From an uncultured Planctomycetota bacterium (GTDB lineage: Bacteria; Planctomycetota; Planctomycetia; Gemmatales; Gemmataceae), in NCBI GenBank assembly GCA_963849325.1, contig CAWKHF010000010.1:32001-96000 (forward strand): 64,000 nt of DNA, given 5' to 3'. Position numbers and translations under genes: made by a program. The notes under the pieces are model-generated. The model had not been told where the DNA came from. It searched no databases and saw nothing but the letters and a program-made list of their open reading frames with translations. The stretch's first letter is position 1. Each line of letters begins with the position of its first letter. Of this stretch, positions 61,452-64,000 are shown in pieces.

Positions 61452-61538
61452 ACCGGACGAGCGATAGATCGACGATAGAGAGCATACCGCTTTCTCGCTT
61501 CTCTTTTGTCTTCTCTGTGTTCTCTGTGTCTCTGTGGT
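61404..61538. repeat. Inverted repeat of iterated (A)CACAGAG units
   Basis: accacagaggacacagagaacacagagaa / ttctctgtgttctctgtgtctctgtggt. Confidence 0.85.
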
Positions 61539-61548
61539 TAACTCTTCT

Positions 61549-62890
61549 TCACAGCAGATCATCGATGACGCGGCCGTTGTTGACGATGGCGACCGGCCGG
61601 CCTTCGGGCGTGAGGAACTCGTCCTTGGGGTCGATGCCCAGCAGGTGGCAGATCGTCGCCGACAGGTCTTCGGGGCCGTGCGGGTCGGCGGCGGGCGTTC
61701 GGCGCGGGCGTCGGTCTTGCCGACGACGCGGCCGCCCTTGATGCCGCCGCCGCCCAGCGCCACGGTGAACGCCGGCCCCCAGTGGTCGCGGCCGGCGTTC
61801 TTGTTGATGCGCGGCGTCCGGCCGAACTCGCCGGTGACGACCACCAGCGTCGTGTCGAGCAGGCCGCGGTCGGCCAGGTCGCGCGAAGCAGCGTCGAGAG
61901 GCCGGCGTCGAGCCAGGGCAGCAGTTGCCGCTTCAGCGTGGCGAAGTTGTCGTCGTGCGTGTCCCAGTTGCTGTGGTCGATGGTCACGCAGCGCACGCCG
62001 GCCTCGACGAGCCGCCGGGCCATCAGGCACGACTGGCCGAGCGTGTTGCGGCCGTACTCGTCGCGCAGCTTGTCGGGCTCGGCGTGGATGTCGAACGCCT
62101 TCTTGGCCTGCCGGCGAGGTCATCAGGTCGAACGCCTTCTGCTGGAAGACGCTGACGGTCTGGGCGCGTGGATTGGCCTGCAGCCTCGGCCGACTTGCTG
62201 GAAGCGGTCGATCTGGGCGAGCAGTTCCTTGCGCGCGTCGAGCCGGTCGGCGTCGAGCGCCGGCGGCGGCACGACGTCGGGCACGGCGAAGTCGGGGGCG
62301 TTGGGGTCGGCGTCGATGACGAACGGGGCGGCGGCGGCGCCGAGGTAGGCCGAGCCGGTGCTGGGGTGCATCTTGGGCAGGCAGACGTAGGGCGGCACCG
62401 AGCCGCGCGGCCCGAGCTTGCGGGCGATGATCGCGCCGTGGGCCGGCCGCTGGTTGTTCGGGCTCAGGCCGGGATTGAAGCCGGCCTGCGGGAAGTAGCC
62501 GGTCAGCATGTAGTGGTCGGCCGGCCCGTGGTCGGAGTTGTGATGGCGGAACGAGCGGATCAGCGAGAGCTTGTCCATCTGCCGGGCGAGCGCGGCAGGT
62601 GCTCGCCGATCTGGATGCCGGGCACGTTGGTGGCGATCGGCTTGAACTCGCCGCGGAACTCGGCCGGGGCGTCGGGCTTGAGGTCCAGCGTGTCGATGGT
62701 GCTCAGGCCGCCGTGCAGGAAGAGGAAGATCAGCGAGACGTCGCGCGGCGACCGCGCCTCTTCGGCGGCGCGGGCCTGGCGGGCCGAGGAGCTCCGGCAG
62801 CGTCAGGCCCAGGCCGAAGAGGCCGGCCGTCCCCAGACGCAGGAAGTCGCGGCGGCGATGCCGTCGCAGAAAGCTTCGGTGATGCGTCAC
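61549..62890 (-). CDS. DUF1501 protein (Tat signal; frameshifted)
   Basis: [21 protein letters not shown] and [10 protein letters not shown]...GRDHW motifs. Confidence 0.92.
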
Positions 62891-62935
62891 GATGCAGCCC
62901 CCTTTGCGATCGCCTCTCGCCATCGTTGCTCGTTC

Positions 62936-64000
62936 TCAGTGATTGAAGAGGAACTCCAGCGAGTTCAGCAGGCTCCAGGCCAGGTCTTCCGCCGCCTGCC
63001 GGCGGTTCGTCCGGTGCTCCCGCAGGTACGCCAGCGCCGCCTGCCGTTCCCTCTCCCGCGGCAGCCGGCTGAAGAAGGTCAGGTACAGCTCCTCGACCAG
63101 CGGCTCGTCCGCCGGCTGGCGCTTGACCAGCTGGGCCACGTAGCCGCCCTCGTGGCTGAGCTTGGCGTGGATCTCCGGCGCGTTGAGCAGGTGCAGCACC
63201 TGGGCGACGCTCGGCTCGTGGTTGCGCTCGCACTCGCAGGCGCTGACGCGCTCCGGCCGGCCGAACAGCCTTGAGGAAGTAGTGCGGCACCTTGCTGTCC
63301 CACAGCTGGATCGCCCGCGTGCCCGGCGGCACGCCGGCGAAGTGCTCCGGCACGCCGGTCGTCTGGCACACCATGTCGAGCAGCACCTCGGCGTCGATGC
63401 GCTTGAAGCGCGCCCGCGAGTAGTTCTGCTCGTCGCGCTCGTTGGTCGCGTTCGGCTGCGACGACAGCTGATAGACGCGCGAGGCGGTGATGACGCGGAT
63501 CAGGGCGTGCAGATCGTACTTGTTCTCGACGAGATGGTCGGCCAGGGCGTCGAGCAGTTCGGGATTGCTCGGCGGGTTGGTGGCGCGCACGTCATCGACC
63601 GGCTCGACCAGGCCGCGGCCGAGGAAGTGGGCCCAGACGCGGTTGGCGAGGTTGCGGGCGAACCACGGGTTGTTCGGACGCGTCAGCCAGTCGGCCAGCT
63701 GCGCTCGGCGGTCGCCCGGTCTCGACCGTCGCCGGGCGTCTTCTCGCCCAGCGGATGGGCGGGGATGTCCGCGCCGGTGCGCGGGTTTCGCGCCTGCGCC
63801 AGCCCCCTCGCACGGACAGCGCTTCGCACGCCGCCGGCGTTCTTGACGCCGACGCCGGTGAAGAACGCCGTCATGCCGTAGTAGTCGTCCTGGCTCCAGC
63901 GGTCGAACGGGTGGTGATGGCACTCGGCGCAGGCGATGCGGACGCCGAGGAAGACCTGGGCCAGCGTGCTGGCCGCCTCGCCCGGCTTGGCGACGACCTT
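62936..64000 (-). CDS. DUF1549/DUF1553 protein, 5'-partial (frameshifted)
   Basis: CAECHHHPFD, NRVWAHFLGRG, NPELLDALA and EFLFNH motifs. Confidence 0.9.

Noticed and set aside
36874-61538. Short iterated repeats (36874, 48952, 58175, 61404) as CRISPR arrays
   Set aside because: Units are 7-9 bp, in tandem or inverted, without unique spacers, and no cas genes are present.

Overview
High-GC bacterial chromosomal DNA, most likely a Planctomycete of the Gemmataceae/Isosphaerales type. This is inferred from DUF1549/DUF1553, DUF1501 and PPC-domain genes, PQQ-like propellers and many palindromic intergenic repeats. Many genes, including housekeeping ones (rtcB, ftsK, trmL, nagA), are broken by 1-nt indels. 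I read these as uncorrected long-read errors, so gene ends marked approximate are reconstructed by eye across frames. Core content: proS, a large minus-strand phosphorelay cluster, a YbaK-REC fusion, rtcB plus archease, ftsK, trmL, two more hybrid kinases with a RedB-like gene, a NUDIX hydrolase, a YyaL-like gene, nagA, ada, htrA, xerD, ABC-2 permeases, tRNA-Thr(CGT) and a GT39-like transferase. The most striking object is a 3.44-kb lower-GC cargo-carrying transposon (39028-42468). It has 17-bp perfect terminal inverted repeats, a 9-bp near-perfect target duplication and iterated subterminal motifs. It encodes a DDE transposase with an N-terminal SWIM finger, a divergent zinc-finger microprotein behind a 35-bp palindrome, a structured spacer and a Schlafen/AlbA_2-HATPase-wHTH passenger. 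Also notable are two orphan toxin-immunity-like modules (an unannotated HWDVQ nuclease tip and a minimal kinase) and palindromic repeats that have become protein-coding sequence.
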